DNA of 64,000 nt from Elusimicrobiota bacterium (GTDB lineage Bacteria > Elusimicrobiota > Elusimicrobia > UBA1565 > UBA9628). The stretch's first letter is position 1; each line of letters starts with the position of its first letter. Location of the stretch: the NCBI GenBank assembly GCA_031423795.1, contig JANPGH010000001.1, positions 1,656-65,655 of the forward strand, in the 5' to 3' direction. The position numbers and the translations under genes are program-made. This document shows positions 1-8,523 of this stretch, one piece after another. The notes under the pieces were generated by a model. The model ran no database searches. It was given only the letters and a program-made list of their open reading frames with translations, and was not told where the DNA came from.

Positions 1-78
1 CGGTCAACGTCGCCTATGCGGAATTATCCTAGTACGTCTGCGTAGTATGCCCGGTAAGGATTTTTCCCGTTCCAAAGC

Positions 79-84
79 TATAAT
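79..84 (+). promoter_or_regulatory. -10 box TATAAT 6 nt upstream of ATG 91 (predicted leaderless mRNA)
   Basis: TATAAT at 79-84, then spacer GGTGGC, then ATG at 91. There is no room for a Shine-Dalgarno site. Confidence 0.5.
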
Positions 85-90
85 GGTGGC

Positions 91-741
91 ATGGAAGCCG
101 TGGCGGACCTGAAAGCAGAGCAGCAGGCGACGTTGGCTTCACTACGCCGTCCCTACGGCCTGCTCGCGCGGCTGCTCTTCTCTGGGATGGACTTTGTCTA
201 TGGCCGGAAACGCTCGGTTTCGAAGTTTACCGTCCTGGAAGTGATCGCGCGCGTGCCATACCAGGCGTGGGAACATGTCGCCTACATTGCGATGACGCAC
301 ACCTACACTACGCCGGGCTTCGCGCGCCGCGTGTTCGAGTTCATCCGGGAGTCCCGGGCGCAGCAAGACAACGAGCAATGGCATCTGCTGATCCTGGAGG
401 AAATGCTCCAGAAGGACGGCGTCACGGAGAATTTTCTGCTTTACCGGCTGGCCCCGCAGTTCGTCGCTTTCGCCTACTATCACATCAGCTGGCTGCTCTA
501 TGTGATCGATCCGCGCCACAGCTATGCCCTCAATGCCGACTTTGAAGACCATGCGGAGCACGAATATATGGAGTTCGTGCGCGATATCCCTGCGCTCGAG
601 TCGATCCCGTTTAAAAGCGATTTTGAAGACGACTACGGGCACTTTGCCAGTCGCGCCGATCTATTCCGTCAAATCGGTCTCGACGAGCGTCACCATAAAC
701 TAGAAAGTTTGGCTCGCATCGAGATGCCCCGCTTCTCTTGA
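91..741 (+). CDS. Di-iron alternative oxidase, plastoquinol terminal oxidase (PTOX)-like
   Basis: 216 aa. Four-helix di-iron motifs are present: VLEVIARVPY, NEQWHLLILEE, FEDHAEHEY and LDERHH. This matches the E...ExxH...E...ExxH pattern of AOX/PTOX. Confidence 0.85.
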   Translation: MEAVADLKAEQQATLASLRRPYGLLARLLFSGMDFVYGRKRSVSKFTVLEVIARVPYQAWEHVAYIAMTHTYTTPGFARRVFEFIRESRAQQDNEQWHLLILEEMLQKDGVTENFLLYRLAPQFVAFAYYHISWLLYVIDPRHSYALNADFEDHAEHEYMEFVRDIPALESIPFKSDFEDDYGHFASRADLFRQIGLDERHHKLESLARIEMPRFS

Positions 742-965
742 GCGTAAGGAAGCGAGGCGGGCGGCTGATTCTTAGCGCGAAATAGTGCGCGCGAAGTGAA
801 CGACGATAATAACGAGAGGTAAGCCTTCCACAACCAATGCGCAGGCCAGCAAGCTGCGTGCGCGTTTTTCGTTCGTCATCAGAAACGCCAAGCCGGTGGC
901 GACGGCTGCGGCGTATCCGCGGCGATCAACACTAAGCGTTTAAGGGGCGATAGGGCGCTCATTAC

Positions 966-1718
966 TCAGTCGAAGAGATCATCCCAGATCGGTACGGCCG
1001 AGACAATGAACAGAAGTGCTGCCAGCGGGATGCAGGCGCGGTAACCCGCGTTTTTGAAACCGAGCGCTCCGACGATGCCGCCGAGAACGAAAAGGCCGAT
1101 CATCGAGGCGTGAATACGCAGCTTTTCACGGTTAGCGAGCACTTTGTCGGGTGTTTCGGGGTGGTTCCAATAAAAAAACTTACCCAGCTCGATACCCAAG
1201 TCGGTCGTATTGCCGGTCATATGCGTGGTACGAATTTCCGCATTCGATACCTTCGTGATGATGGCGTTCTGCAGCCCCATCATGTAGCAGAGCAGGACGA
1301 CCGTCGTGGGCACCGCCAGTCCGACGAACAGCTTCAGGTTCGCGCCGAGAAATCCGAAGGCCAGCATGAGCACCGCCTCCAGCATGAGGGGAAGCGCGTA
1401 AAGACTATAAAGTTCGCGGCGGCGTGCCCAGTTGATCAGCACGGCAGAAGTGGCCGCGCCGACAACGAACGAAATCCAGGCGGCGAGTCCAGGGAGGACG
1501 AGATCGAATCGTTTCAATGCCAGATTGTCCGACAGAGACGAGAGAATTCCCGTCATGTGCGAGGTGTACTGGGAGACCGCCAAATAGCCGCCAGCGTTGG
1601 CGGCCCCGGCGACGAAAGCCAGCGTCATCCCTAGATGCTTGTTGGCGTCGCGACTGCGTTCACTCCCAGACAGGAAACGAAGATAGCGAATCATCACCGC
1701 TGATTCTATTACTTCCAT
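966..1718 (-). CDS. YoaK/DUF1275-family inner membrane protein
   Basis: 250 aa and multi-TM. GGYLAVSQYTSHMTG and RTTHMTGNTTDLG resemble DUF1275 signature regions. A GGAG-type SD lies upstream. Confidence 0.7.
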   Translation of the reverse strand: MEVIESAVMIRYLRFLSGSERSRDANKHLGMTLAFVAGAANAGGYLAVSQYTSHMTGILSSLSDNLALKRFDLVLPGLAAWISFVVGAATSAVLINWARRRELYSLYALPLMLEAVLMLAFGFLGANLKLFVGLAVPTTVVLLCYMMGLQNAIITKVSNAEIRTTHMTGNTTDLGIELGKFFYWNHPETPDKVLANREKLRIHASMIGLFVLGGIVGALGFKNAGYRACIPLAALLFIVSAVPIWDDLFD

Positions 1719-1817
1719 CAGCGGCCTTTCTCCGGCTATACTTTGACGCGATGACAGATACTCGTGGCAAGCAGATTTTCCTGCGTGGCGTCCTGCTTTC
1801 TCCCGTGAGGAGATAAG

Positions 1818-2231
1818 ATGAGCGACGCGATTAAAAATCTGGAATCAGCTCAGCAGCGGGCAATGGCCATGCGTCCAAAAGTGGGCGGCTTCCCGTACCT
1901 TGCCGAAACACTTTGCCGCGCGGGAGTGACGCGTAATTTCTGGTCGCTTCCTTCCTGCCAAAGCCTGTACCTGACGACAAAGGGACCGGTCGTGATACAA
2001 GGAACGCCACTCGTCTCCGGGATCGTGGACGTGATGCCCTTCAAGCGCGACGCGCTCATCGCGGCGTTGCGCACCGACCAGGCAGGAAAAGGCACGTTTG
2101 CGGAGTTCCTAATGGCGGCATGGAAAGCCGGCGTCATCAGTTACGACGTAGATTTCGCGGCCCGGACGTGCACCTACCACGGTGTCGATGGAGCAAAGTA
2201 CGTTGAATCTTATCCTGCAGTCGAGGTCTAG
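1818..2231 (+). CDS. DUF1398-family protein
   Basis: 137 aa. SD GAGGAG lies 5 nt upstream of the ATG. The sequence style (GFPYLAETL...FAEFLMAAWKAGV..Y.VDF) recalls DUF1398. Confidence 0.6.
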   Translation: MSDAIKNLESAQQRAMAMRPKVGGFPYLAETLCRAGVTRNFWSLPSCQSLYLTTKGPVVIQGTPLVSGIVDVMPFKRDALIAALRTDQAGKGTFAEFLMAAWKAGVISYDVDFAARTCTYHGVDGAKYVESYPAVEV

Positions 2232-2244
2232 CCTCGGTGAGCCC

Positions 2245-2982
2245 TTATTTCCGCCATTTCGAACGACAGAGCGCGCTGTGCGCGCAGTAGGCAATCCGGT
2301 CCAGGGCGATTTTCGCAAAATCCCTGACCTCGCGGTCGGGATCATCCAGAGCTGTTCGCAGCGCGTCGATTGCGGTTTCAGCATTGGCCGCGTAGCGGAT
2401 ATTAGAGAGCTCTTGGGCGGCTTGAAGACGCTCATCTTTATTTGAAGATTCGAGAAGCTTGATGAGCTGGGGCACGACGACGGAGGGTTCGTCGCCGCCG
2501 GGATCGATTCCGGCCGTCTTATTGAGCTCGTCACGACGCAGTTGGCTGGCGGCGGCGGCCTGCCGTGAGAGATTTGCAGCCTCGGTGAGGGTTTCCTCTG
2601 GGACTTTCACGATGGTCGGGACCAGCGCACCCCGCGCGGCCTCTTCGAGCGATTCCCGAGGAGCGACGCTGTCGCGCAAAAGCTTGTCAAAGTTGCCCTG
2701 CGGCGCGACCACGGCGAACATTTTCTCGAGTTTGGGGCCGTCCTTGCTTGCGCGCTTCTTCGTCGCGATTTGGCGCGCGGTGTTTCCTTCGAGGGCGGCG
2801 GCCGGCACTCCTGGGGCGGATACCCACGGCGACTTCGAAGATCGCGAATTCTTAAACATCAATATGAGAAGTACCGCGGCGACGACGACGGGCAGCAAGA
2901 TGCCGGGGCCTTTCGGTGGGGCGGCTTTCGGCACCCCCGTGGGACGTGGGCAATACGGGCAAATGACCGCATCGACGGACAT
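2245..2982 (-). CDS. Membrane-anchored HEAT-repeat protein
   Basis: 245 aa with N-terminal CPYCP, one TM (ILLPVVVAAVLLILMF) and C-terminal HEAT/PBS-lyase-like repeats (DERLQAAQEL...DPDREVRDFAKIAL). Confidence 0.55.
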   Translation of the reverse strand: MSVDAVICPYCPRPTGVPKAAPPKGPGILLPVVVAAVLLILMFKNSRSSKSPWVSAPGVPAAALEGNTARQIATKKRASKDGPKLEKMFAVVAPQGNFDKLLRDSVAPRESLEEAARGALVPTIVKVPEETLTEAANLSRQAAAASQLRRDELNKTAGIDPGGDEPSVVVPQLIKLLESSNKDERLQAAQELSNIRYAANAETAIDALRTALDDPDREVRDFAKIALDRIAYCAHSALCRSKWRK

Positions 2983-3093
2983 GTAATAACCACAGCGAGG
3001 GCACTACACGGTGTCCACTGTCGCAGTGTAAAGCGCCCCACCGGCCTTGTCAATGGCGTTTTGGTCGCTGATCGCGGATACGGTTCTCTCACC

Positions 3094-3122
3094 TTGACAA
3101 AATAATCTGGTCCAATTATAAT
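3094..3122 (+). promoter_or_regulatory. Canonical sigma70-type promoter TTGACA-N17-TATAAT, 7 nt before ATG 3130 (leaderless)
   Basis: TTGACA at 3094-3099, a 17-nt spacer, TATAAT at 3117-3122 and ATG at 3130. Confidence 0.7.
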
Positions 3123-3137
3123 TAACCTAATGGTTAA
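3122..3137. promoter_or_regulatory. Candidate ArsR-family operator: palindrome TTAACC-TAAT-GGTTAA spanning the start codon
   Basis: Perfect 6-bp arms at 3122-3127 and 3132-3137. The palindrome overlaps the end of the -10 box and the ATG of the ArsR-family gene. Confidence 0.4.
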
Positions 3138-3459
3138 GTATAGTCAACACCAGCTCGATCTCTCCTTTGGGGCGCTCTCCCATCCGATTCGCCGTGGTAT
3201 TCTCGCGCGCCTGTCCACCGGTGAGGCCACGGTCGCCGAGCTCGCCAAGCCATTCAAAGTTTCCGCCCCCGCGATCAGCAAACACATGCGTATCTTGGAA
3301 GAGGCTGGACTTCTCTCCCGGCGCAAGGATGGACGCGAGCATCATTGTCGTTTGGAAGCGAAGAAAATGTTGGAAGTCGAACGCTGGATTGAATATCACC
3401 GAAAATTCTGGAGCGATAAATTCGACGCGCTGGAACGGTACTTAAAGGAGAATCCCTGA
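3130..3459 (+). CDS. ArsR/SmtB-family transcriptional regulator
   Basis: 109 aa. Winged-helix HTH: LSHPIRRGILARLSTGEATVAELAKPFKVSAPAISKHMRILEEAGLL. Confidence 0.9.
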   Translation: MVKYSQHQLDLSFGALSHPIRRGILARLSTGEATVAELAKPFKVSAPAISKHMRILEEAGLLSRRKDGREHHCRLEAKKMLEVERWIEYHRKFWSDKFDALERYLKENP

Positions 3460-3461
3460 CC

Positions 3462-4418
3462 ATGACCGCCGCCAAGCCAACCCCGAACGCATCTGATCGT
3501 GAAATCGTCATCAGCCGTCTGATCGACGCACCCGTGGCGCGCGTGTGGCGGGCATGGGCCGACAACGCGGAGATAGTCCAGTGGTGGGGGCCGCACGGCT
3601 TTTCCGATGAAACGTCTTCCCGGGAGTTCAAAGAAGGGGGCATCTGGAAGCACGTAATGATCAGCCCCGACGGCGCGCGCTACCTGAACACGGCGAAGTA
3701 CGTAGAAATCGTCCCGGAGAAGAAAATCGTCGTCAAGAACGGCGGCGGCAAGGAGTTCGACGAGAAGGGCGTGGGCTTCGTGTCGACAATCACTTTCAAG
3801 CCGGTCGGAAACAAGACCGAACTCACGATGCACCTGGAGTGCATCACGGCGGTCATGAAGAAGCGGGCGGTCGAGGAGTTTCACGCGGTCGAGGGCGGCC
3901 ATCAGACGCTTTCACGTCTGGCCGCGCTCGTTCAGGGGGAGTTCGTGATCTCGCATCTGGTGGATGCGCCGCGAGATCGGGTTTGGAGGGCCTGGACCGA
4001 GCCAAGCGAGCTCGGCAAGTGGTTTGGGCCCAAGGACTTCGAGACCATCTATTCTAAACTCGATTTTCGCCCGGGCGGGCGCTATCACTACGGCATTAAG
4101 GGCCACGGCATGGAGATATGGGGCTTATGGGCGTTACGCGAGATCGAGAAGCCCTCGAAGATGCAATTCATCCAGTCGTTTTCGAACAAGGAAGGTGGCC
4201 CGGGCGTCCACCCAATGGCGCCGAATTGGCCCAAGAAGATCTTATCGACGATCTTCCTTCAGGATTTCAGTTCGAAGACCTTGATTACCATCTACTGGGC
4301 ACCCTATGAAGCAACGGCGGTGGAACGCCGCACGTTCGACGAAGGTATGGCGAGCATGAACCAAGGGTGGAGTGGTACCTGGGAGCGGTTAGACGAATAT
4401 CTCCGGAAAGCACCGTAA
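3462..4418 (+). CDS. Tandem SRPBCC/AHSA1 (activator of Hsp90 ATPase-like) domain protein
   Basis: 318 aa. Two repeats each carry the motif (R/H)L(I/V)DAP..RVWRAW(A/T). Pairing with an ArsR-family gene is common. Confidence 0.8.
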   Translation: MTAAKPTPNASDREIVISRLIDAPVARVWRAWADNAEIVQWWGPHGFSDETSSREFKEGGIWKHVMISPDGARYLNTAKYVEIVPEKKIVVKNGGGKEFDEKGVGFVSTITFKPVGNKTELTMHLECITAVMKKRAVEEFHAVEGGHQTLSRLAALVQGEFVISHLVDAPRDRVWRAWTEPSELGKWFGPKDFETIYSKLDFRPGGRYHYGIKGHGMEIWGLWALREIEKPSKMQFIQSFSNKEGGPGVHPMAPNWPKKILSTIFLQDFSSKTLITIYWAPYEATAVERRTFDEGMASMNQGWSGTWERLDEYLRKAP

Positions 4419-4429
4419 AGGGGAAATAC

Positions 4430-4705
4430 ATGGGTTTACTCACAATAATGAACGAGAAGGTGGGGGAGCATCGTCCGAAGATCGAGATGGTTGCTGTGTT
4501 GATGCGCATCGTTAGTTTCTCTTTGGTCAGTTGGCTGGGACCCAAAAGCCCGTTCCTGTTCGTCTGGGCGTTCAATACCGCCGACGCGTTGATGTTGTCT
4601 TGGTGTGCGATCATCCGCAAAGACCGGGCATATACCGTGCTTAACGTTTTCTGGATCGCCGTGGGAGTCGTCGGAATGGCACGGGCGGTCGGGTTCGCGA
4701 AGTAA
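4430..4705 (+). CDS. Small 3-TM membrane protein, unknown function
   Basis: 91 aa from the internal ATG. SD AAGGGG lies 7-12 nt upstream. Three hydrophobic segments are present. Confidence 0.5.
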   Translation: MGLLTIMNEKVGEHRPKIEMVAVLMRIVSFSLVSWLGPKSPFLFVWAFNTADALMLSWCAIIRKDRAYTVLNVFWIAVGVVGMARAVGFAK

Positions 4706-4735
4706 CCCGTCGGCGGGGTGTGCGGGTTGCCCACG

Positions 4736-4744
4736 TGATACAAT
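4736..4744 (+). promoter_or_regulatory. Extended -10 TGaTACAAT 7 nt upstream of GTG 4752
   Basis: TGATACAAT at 4736-4744, spacer TTCGTCA, then GTG at 4752 in frame with the PhyH-like ORF. Confidence 0.5.
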
Positions 4745-4751
4745 TTCGTCA

Positions 4752-5615
4752 GTGACTATTTCGAAAGTCCGTTTCAAAAAATCCGATGTAAAACGATTAT
4801 CCCCGAAAACCCTGCGCGCGGTCCGCTCAGGAATGAAACGCGACGGCGCGGTCGTTTTTGAGAACCTGTTTCCGCTCCCGCTTTTGAATCAGTTGCGCCA
4901 GCACGTGACTGCGCGCTTGCGATCCGGCCAGCTGCGCAAGAACGGGATGGTGCGGGATATCGCGGGTCGTTACGCGGCGCTGGTGCCGTTTGAAGGGCCG
5001 TTTTTGAAGCCCGCGTTCTACGCTAACCCGATGCTGCGCGAGATATTAGACGGCTTGCTGGGAGCCGACTGCCGCATTGGAAGCCTGGAAGTCGTCGTGG
5101 CGGTTCCCGGGGCCAACGACCAGCACCAGCACATCGACGGACCGATACGTTTCGACCAGTCCATACGTGGGTCCACACATAGGTACGCGGGCGATCTTGC
5201 GGATTTGCCGCCATACGCGGTGACCCTTTGCGTTCCGCTCTGTGACGTCGACGAAGAAAATGGTCCGACGGCCATATGGCCCGGCTCCCACCGGACCGCG
5301 CTGCGGCCCAGGCCTCCCAGTCTCTCCGAAGTCAACCGCGAATTCCCGGTCGAACATATGGTCGGAAACTTCGGCCGCTCCTTTCTTTTTGATTTCCGAG
5401 TTTTCCACGGCGGTTGCCCCAACCATTCGCGCGAAGAGCGGCCCATTTTGATGTTCGTGTTCACCCGCAGCTGGTACCGGGACCCGAACCTGGCCGATGT
5501 CACGCCGAGCCTCGTCCTCTCTCCTCGCGATTATAAGCGCGTTCCCCAGAGGCTGCGACACCTCTTCATGCTCGCCCCGGCGGCACGTCGCCCGATGTGG
5601 GGGAAGAAACCATGA
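4752..5615 (+). CDS. Phytanoyl-CoA dioxygenase (PhyH)-family Fe(II)/2-oxoglutarate oxygenase
   Basis: About 287 aa. HQHIDGP provides the HxD facial triad and a distal His is present (FHGGCPN). The ATG at 4605 was rejected because it overlaps the upstream gene and lacks the promoter-to-start geometry. Confidence 0.7.
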   Translation: MTISKVRFKKSDVKRLSPKTLRAVRSGMKRDGAVVFENLFPLPLLNQLRQHVTARLRSGQLRKNGMVRDIAGRYAALVPFEGPFLKPAFYANPMLREILDGLLGADCRIGSLEVVVAVPGANDQHQHIDGPIRFDQSIRGSTHRYAGDLADLPPYAVTLCVPLCDVDEENGPTAIWPGSHRTALRPRPPSLSEVNREFPVEHMVGNFGRSFLFDFRVFHGGCPNHSREERPILMFVFTRSWYRDPNLADVTPSLVLSPRDYKRVPQRLRHLFMLAPAARRPMWGKKP

Positions 5616-6142
5616 TTTTGATCCAGGAACTCGTCACCTGTTGGTCGAAGACCGCTCGCTCCGCAAAGAAGGCGACAGCCAGGAATGCGACCCCGAAAAC
5701 CTTTGTCGTCCCCCAGTCGTTGACGCAGATGAGCGCTAAATACGCGGTCTGCTTGCAGGCGGTGCGTTTCTGCGAAGAGAACTCCTTTGAAGCGCGGGAG
5801 GCGAAACCAAAAATCGAGGCATTGACTACCGGCGGGCTCCACCAGTCGGATTGCCTGACCTTGCGCTTGGCCGATACGAATAAAATCGAGATATCCTTCG
5901 TTTGGACGGTCGATTGCGGGGCGCCGCCGCGAAAGAGACGCGTGCTGGGCGCCATAGATTTAGGACAGTGGGCGTGCTTTACGTTCAACGGCCGCGACGG
6001 GATGGCCTCGCTCACCCGGCACGGCGAATGGGCGTATCACCAGACCGTACTCAACGTCGCTTTCGTGGAGAAGGCGCCGTCGGATCTATTCACAGCCTCC
6101 CGCCCAGTTTTCGCGAAGAAAGACCTCGCGGATTTGTGGTGA
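5612..6142 (+). CDS. Hypothetical protein, translationally coupled to the PhyH-like gene
   Basis: 176 aa. ATGA overlap (ATG 5612 / TGA 5613-5615). No recognisable domain. Confidence 0.5.
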   Translation: MILIQELVTCWSKTARSAKKATARNATPKTFVVPQSLTQMSAKYAVCLQAVRFCEENSFEAREAKPKIEALTTGGLHQSDCLTLRLADTNKIEISFVWTVDCGAPPRKRRVLGAIDLGQWACFTFNGRDGMASLTRHGEWAYHQTVLNVAFVEKAPSDLFTASRPVFAKKDLADLW

Positions 6143-6149
6143 GACGCCG

Positions 6150-6815
6150 TTAAGGCGCCGAGCCGGCGTAAAGATCGGCGGGACTAGGGAGGAGGACGAT
6201 GTCTCTCCCCTGCTTCACCGCGACCTCGCGGCTGTTGTCAGCCTCGGCTTGCGCTCTCATTTCGACATACCGAAGGGTCAACAGACTGAACCGTTTGTTT
6301 AACGGGCCGTCTAAGACCTTTTTTTGGTCCACAAGCTGGTTGTTTTGGGAGTTGGCGGACGCGTGCTCGGCGTCGGTCCTAGTTTTGAAATTTATCGCAA
6401 TCGCCGCGCTCGCTACTTTTTGCAAATGCTCGGCGTTCAAGGCCAATTGACGCAGGGCGCCGATATATTCTTTGGCTTCCGCCATATCCAGGACGGCCTT
6501 GCCCAGCTTTGTCTTCGCGGCATAATTGCGGTACGGACATCGAGAATCAGTGGCGTCGATCGGGATAAATACATTTTTCGAAAAACAAATACTTAGCAGG
6601 TATGTCGGTGCCTTCGCGGCCTTGTCCGAGGCATCGATGGGTCTGCTAGCATAATCCGCGATTTCGTCGATCGTAGGGTCGAATTTTAAATTAGCGGTGG
6701 GGTTCGCAGAGCGAGCCTCCTTTTTGTGTGCCGCAGGAGCTCTAGTTGGGTTTTTGGGCGCGGCGTGAAGCGGAAGGGAGATCGCTATCATGATGACCGG
6801 GATCAGGGGGGCCAT
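6150..6815 (-). CDS. Secreted hypothetical protein
   Basis: 221 aa from ATG 6815. Signal peptide MAPLIPVIMIAISLPLHA. A TATACT -10 box (6822-6827, minus strand) lies 6 nt upstream. Confidence 0.55.
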   Translation of the reverse strand: MAPLIPVIMIAISLPLHAAPKNPTRAPAAHKKEARSANPTANLKFDPTIDEIADYASRPIDASDKAAKAPTYLLSICFSKNVFIPIDATDSRCPYRNYAAKTKLGKAVLDMAEAKEYIGALRQLALNAEHLQKVASAAIAINFKTRTDAEHASANSQNNQLVDQKKVLDGPLNKRFSLLTLRYVEMRAQAEADNSREVAVKQGRDIVLLPSPADLYAGSAP

Positions 6816-6910
6816 GCGGGAAGTATAAAGTCCGTCTGGAAAAGCGTCAATAGCCATGCGATTAATTTTAACGACTATTTTGGCCCCCCCCAATAAGGGG
6901 GCCTTAATCC

Positions 6911-7354
6911 TCAAAATAAGTAGCACCTGATTGTTGAGTCATTTGGTACGTTTTTATCGTTTGGATCTGGACGGACAATATAAACGGACCAAAAGCGCGC
7001 ACCTGGCGCAGGGGCTTCCGGTTCTACTTTGATGCCGGTCAACTGACGCTTATCAAGAAAGGACGTTCTCGCGGTGGTATAGATCCAAGCCCCCTTGAGC
7101 GGCGGCGGAACGGTTACTGAATCAGGAGAGTTCAGATCACTGAGATTGGTCCGGAATAAAAAAGTCATTTTGATCGGACCTTGCAGCACCCTCTTCTCGA
7201 GTATCCCATCACTATTCTTCTCACTATTCTTAGTGAGCATCTCATTTACGTCCAAAGTGATAGTGCAAACTTCTTTCGGTGGCTCCGCAAGCGCGGGTCG
7301 ACCGAGAATAGACGCAGTGAACACCAGTAGCAGCGCGGGGTATATTTTGTCCAT
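6911..7354 (-). CDS. Secreted hypothetical protein (lower-GC gene)
   Basis: 147 aa. Signal peptide MDKIYPALLLVFTASILGRPALA. A TACAAT -10 box (7361-7366, minus strand) lies 6 nt upstream. Confidence 0.55.
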   Translation of the reverse strand: MDKIYPALLLVFTASILGRPALAEPPKEVCTITLDVNEMLTKNSEKNSDGILEKRVLQGPIKMTFLFRTNLSDLNSPDSVTVPPPLKGAWIYTTARTSFLDKRQLTGIKVEPEAPAPGARFWSVYIVRPDPNDKNVPNDSTIRCYLF

Positions 7355-7425
7355 ACGCTGATTGTAACTCCACGCCGAAGGGGACGGCGAGGGCCCTAAG
7401 TCCTAGGCGACCAGGGCCAAAGGTA

Positions 7426-8520
7426 TCAGTCCAGCCAGTCCCGGTCCTTGAGCTTCTTGGGTAGGTATTTGTTCGTCAGGTACTGGAAATCCTTGTTGGC
7501 CAGCGCGTCAAGCTCGTACTTGAGGCCGGAGGAAAGCATGCGCTTGATCTCAACCTGCCACTCCTTCTTCTGGAACCAAGGATAATTCAGCAATTCCTTG
7601 GCGCGGCCGATGTCCTTGTCGTTGAGTTTGATGCCGACGTTGCGCGGCAAGTCGTACTGTTCGGGGTCCGCGGAGGACAGGCCGACGAATTTCGCCTCAG
7701 GGATGGCCATGCGCTGGCTTTCGAAGGCGAGGTTGATCGAGCCCTGCTTGACGACCGAGTAGATGTAATAGCCCCAAGGGTCGTTGTCGACCAGTACGTA
7801 GACGGGCAGCTTCTTTTCCTCATGAAGGCGTCGCGCCAGGCGGCGTACGCCGCGCGGAGGCTGGCCGTTTCCGGTCAGCAGTATGCAGTTGTACTTTTTC
7901 CAGAACTTGTCTTCGGCCAGGCGGTTCCACTGCGTCCCTTTCTCGATGAGCAGGATGAAATCGGCGGTGCACTTCTTGATCTGTAGGTATTCCTCTTCCA
8001 CGATCGAAGGCACCGAGTATCCGCCCTTACCCAGCTTCGAGCAGTCCACTTTGTCGCCGTCGTCCTCGAAGATCACGGGCCCGATCACGGTGCCGGCGTT
8101 CTCCGCGCGGACGTGGAACTCCTCGCGCAGCGCGGCCAGGCCGACCTCCAAGTCCTCAATGACCGGGTCAGACTCTGACTGGTCGTCGAAGGTGTTCTCA
8201 TGGCTGTCGCCCATCGTGTGCTTCGTGCGGTAGTAAATTTCGCGCAGGCTGGTGGTCAGGTCGGCCTTTTGCAGCTCGGCCAGCGCGTCGGCGACCAACA
8301 TGGTCTGCATGAACTTCTTGGCCATCGACACATTGAAAAATGTCCGGAGCTGCTTGTTCGACCCCATCTCGATGAAGCCCTTCTTCTCGTTGAACTTAAC
8401 GTTCGAGAGCGAGCGCACGGGAATGGAGATCGAGGGATCTTTCTTCTTTTGCGCGGCGGCGATGACCATATCGGCCAGGCCGATCAGCTTCTTCTCAACA
8501 GCTGGGTTTCGTTTGGGCAT
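7426..8520 (-). CDS. top6A: DNA topoisomerase VI subunit A (Spo11-like)
   Basis: 364 aa. Catalytic-Tyr region SLREIYYRTKH. Toprim motifs LLIEKG and VLVDNDPWGYYI. Confidence 0.9.
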   Translation of the reverse strand: MPKRNPAVEKKLIGLADMVIAAAQKKKDPSISIPVRSLSNVKFNEKKGFIEMGSNKQLRTFFNVSMAKKFMQTMLVADALAELQKADLTTSLREIYYRTKHTMGDSHENTFDDQSESDPVIEDLEVGLAALREEFHVRAENAGTVIGPVIFEDDGDKVDCSKLGKGGYSVPSIVEEEYLQIKKCTADFILLIEKGTQWNRLAEDKFWKKYNCILLTGNGQPPRGVRRLARRLHEEKKLPVYVLVDNDPWGYYIYSVVKQGSINLAFESQRMAIPEAKFVGLSSADPEQYDLPRNVGIKLNDKDIGRAKELLNYPWFQKKEWQVEIKRMLSSGLKYELDALANKDFQYLTNKYLPKKLKDRDWLD

Positions 8521-8523
8521 GGG

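Noticed and set aside
772-879. 35-aa minus-strand ORF (MTNEKRARSLLACALVVEGLPLVIIVVHFARTISR) in the 741-966 spacer
   Set aside because: It is too short, and no promoter or SD geometry was found. It cannot be supported from sequence alone.
4605-4751. ATG 4605 as the start of the PhyH-like gene
   Set aside because: It would overlap the preceding membrane-protein gene by 100 nt. GTG 4752 sits 7 nt after an extended -10 box, matching the window-wide pattern.
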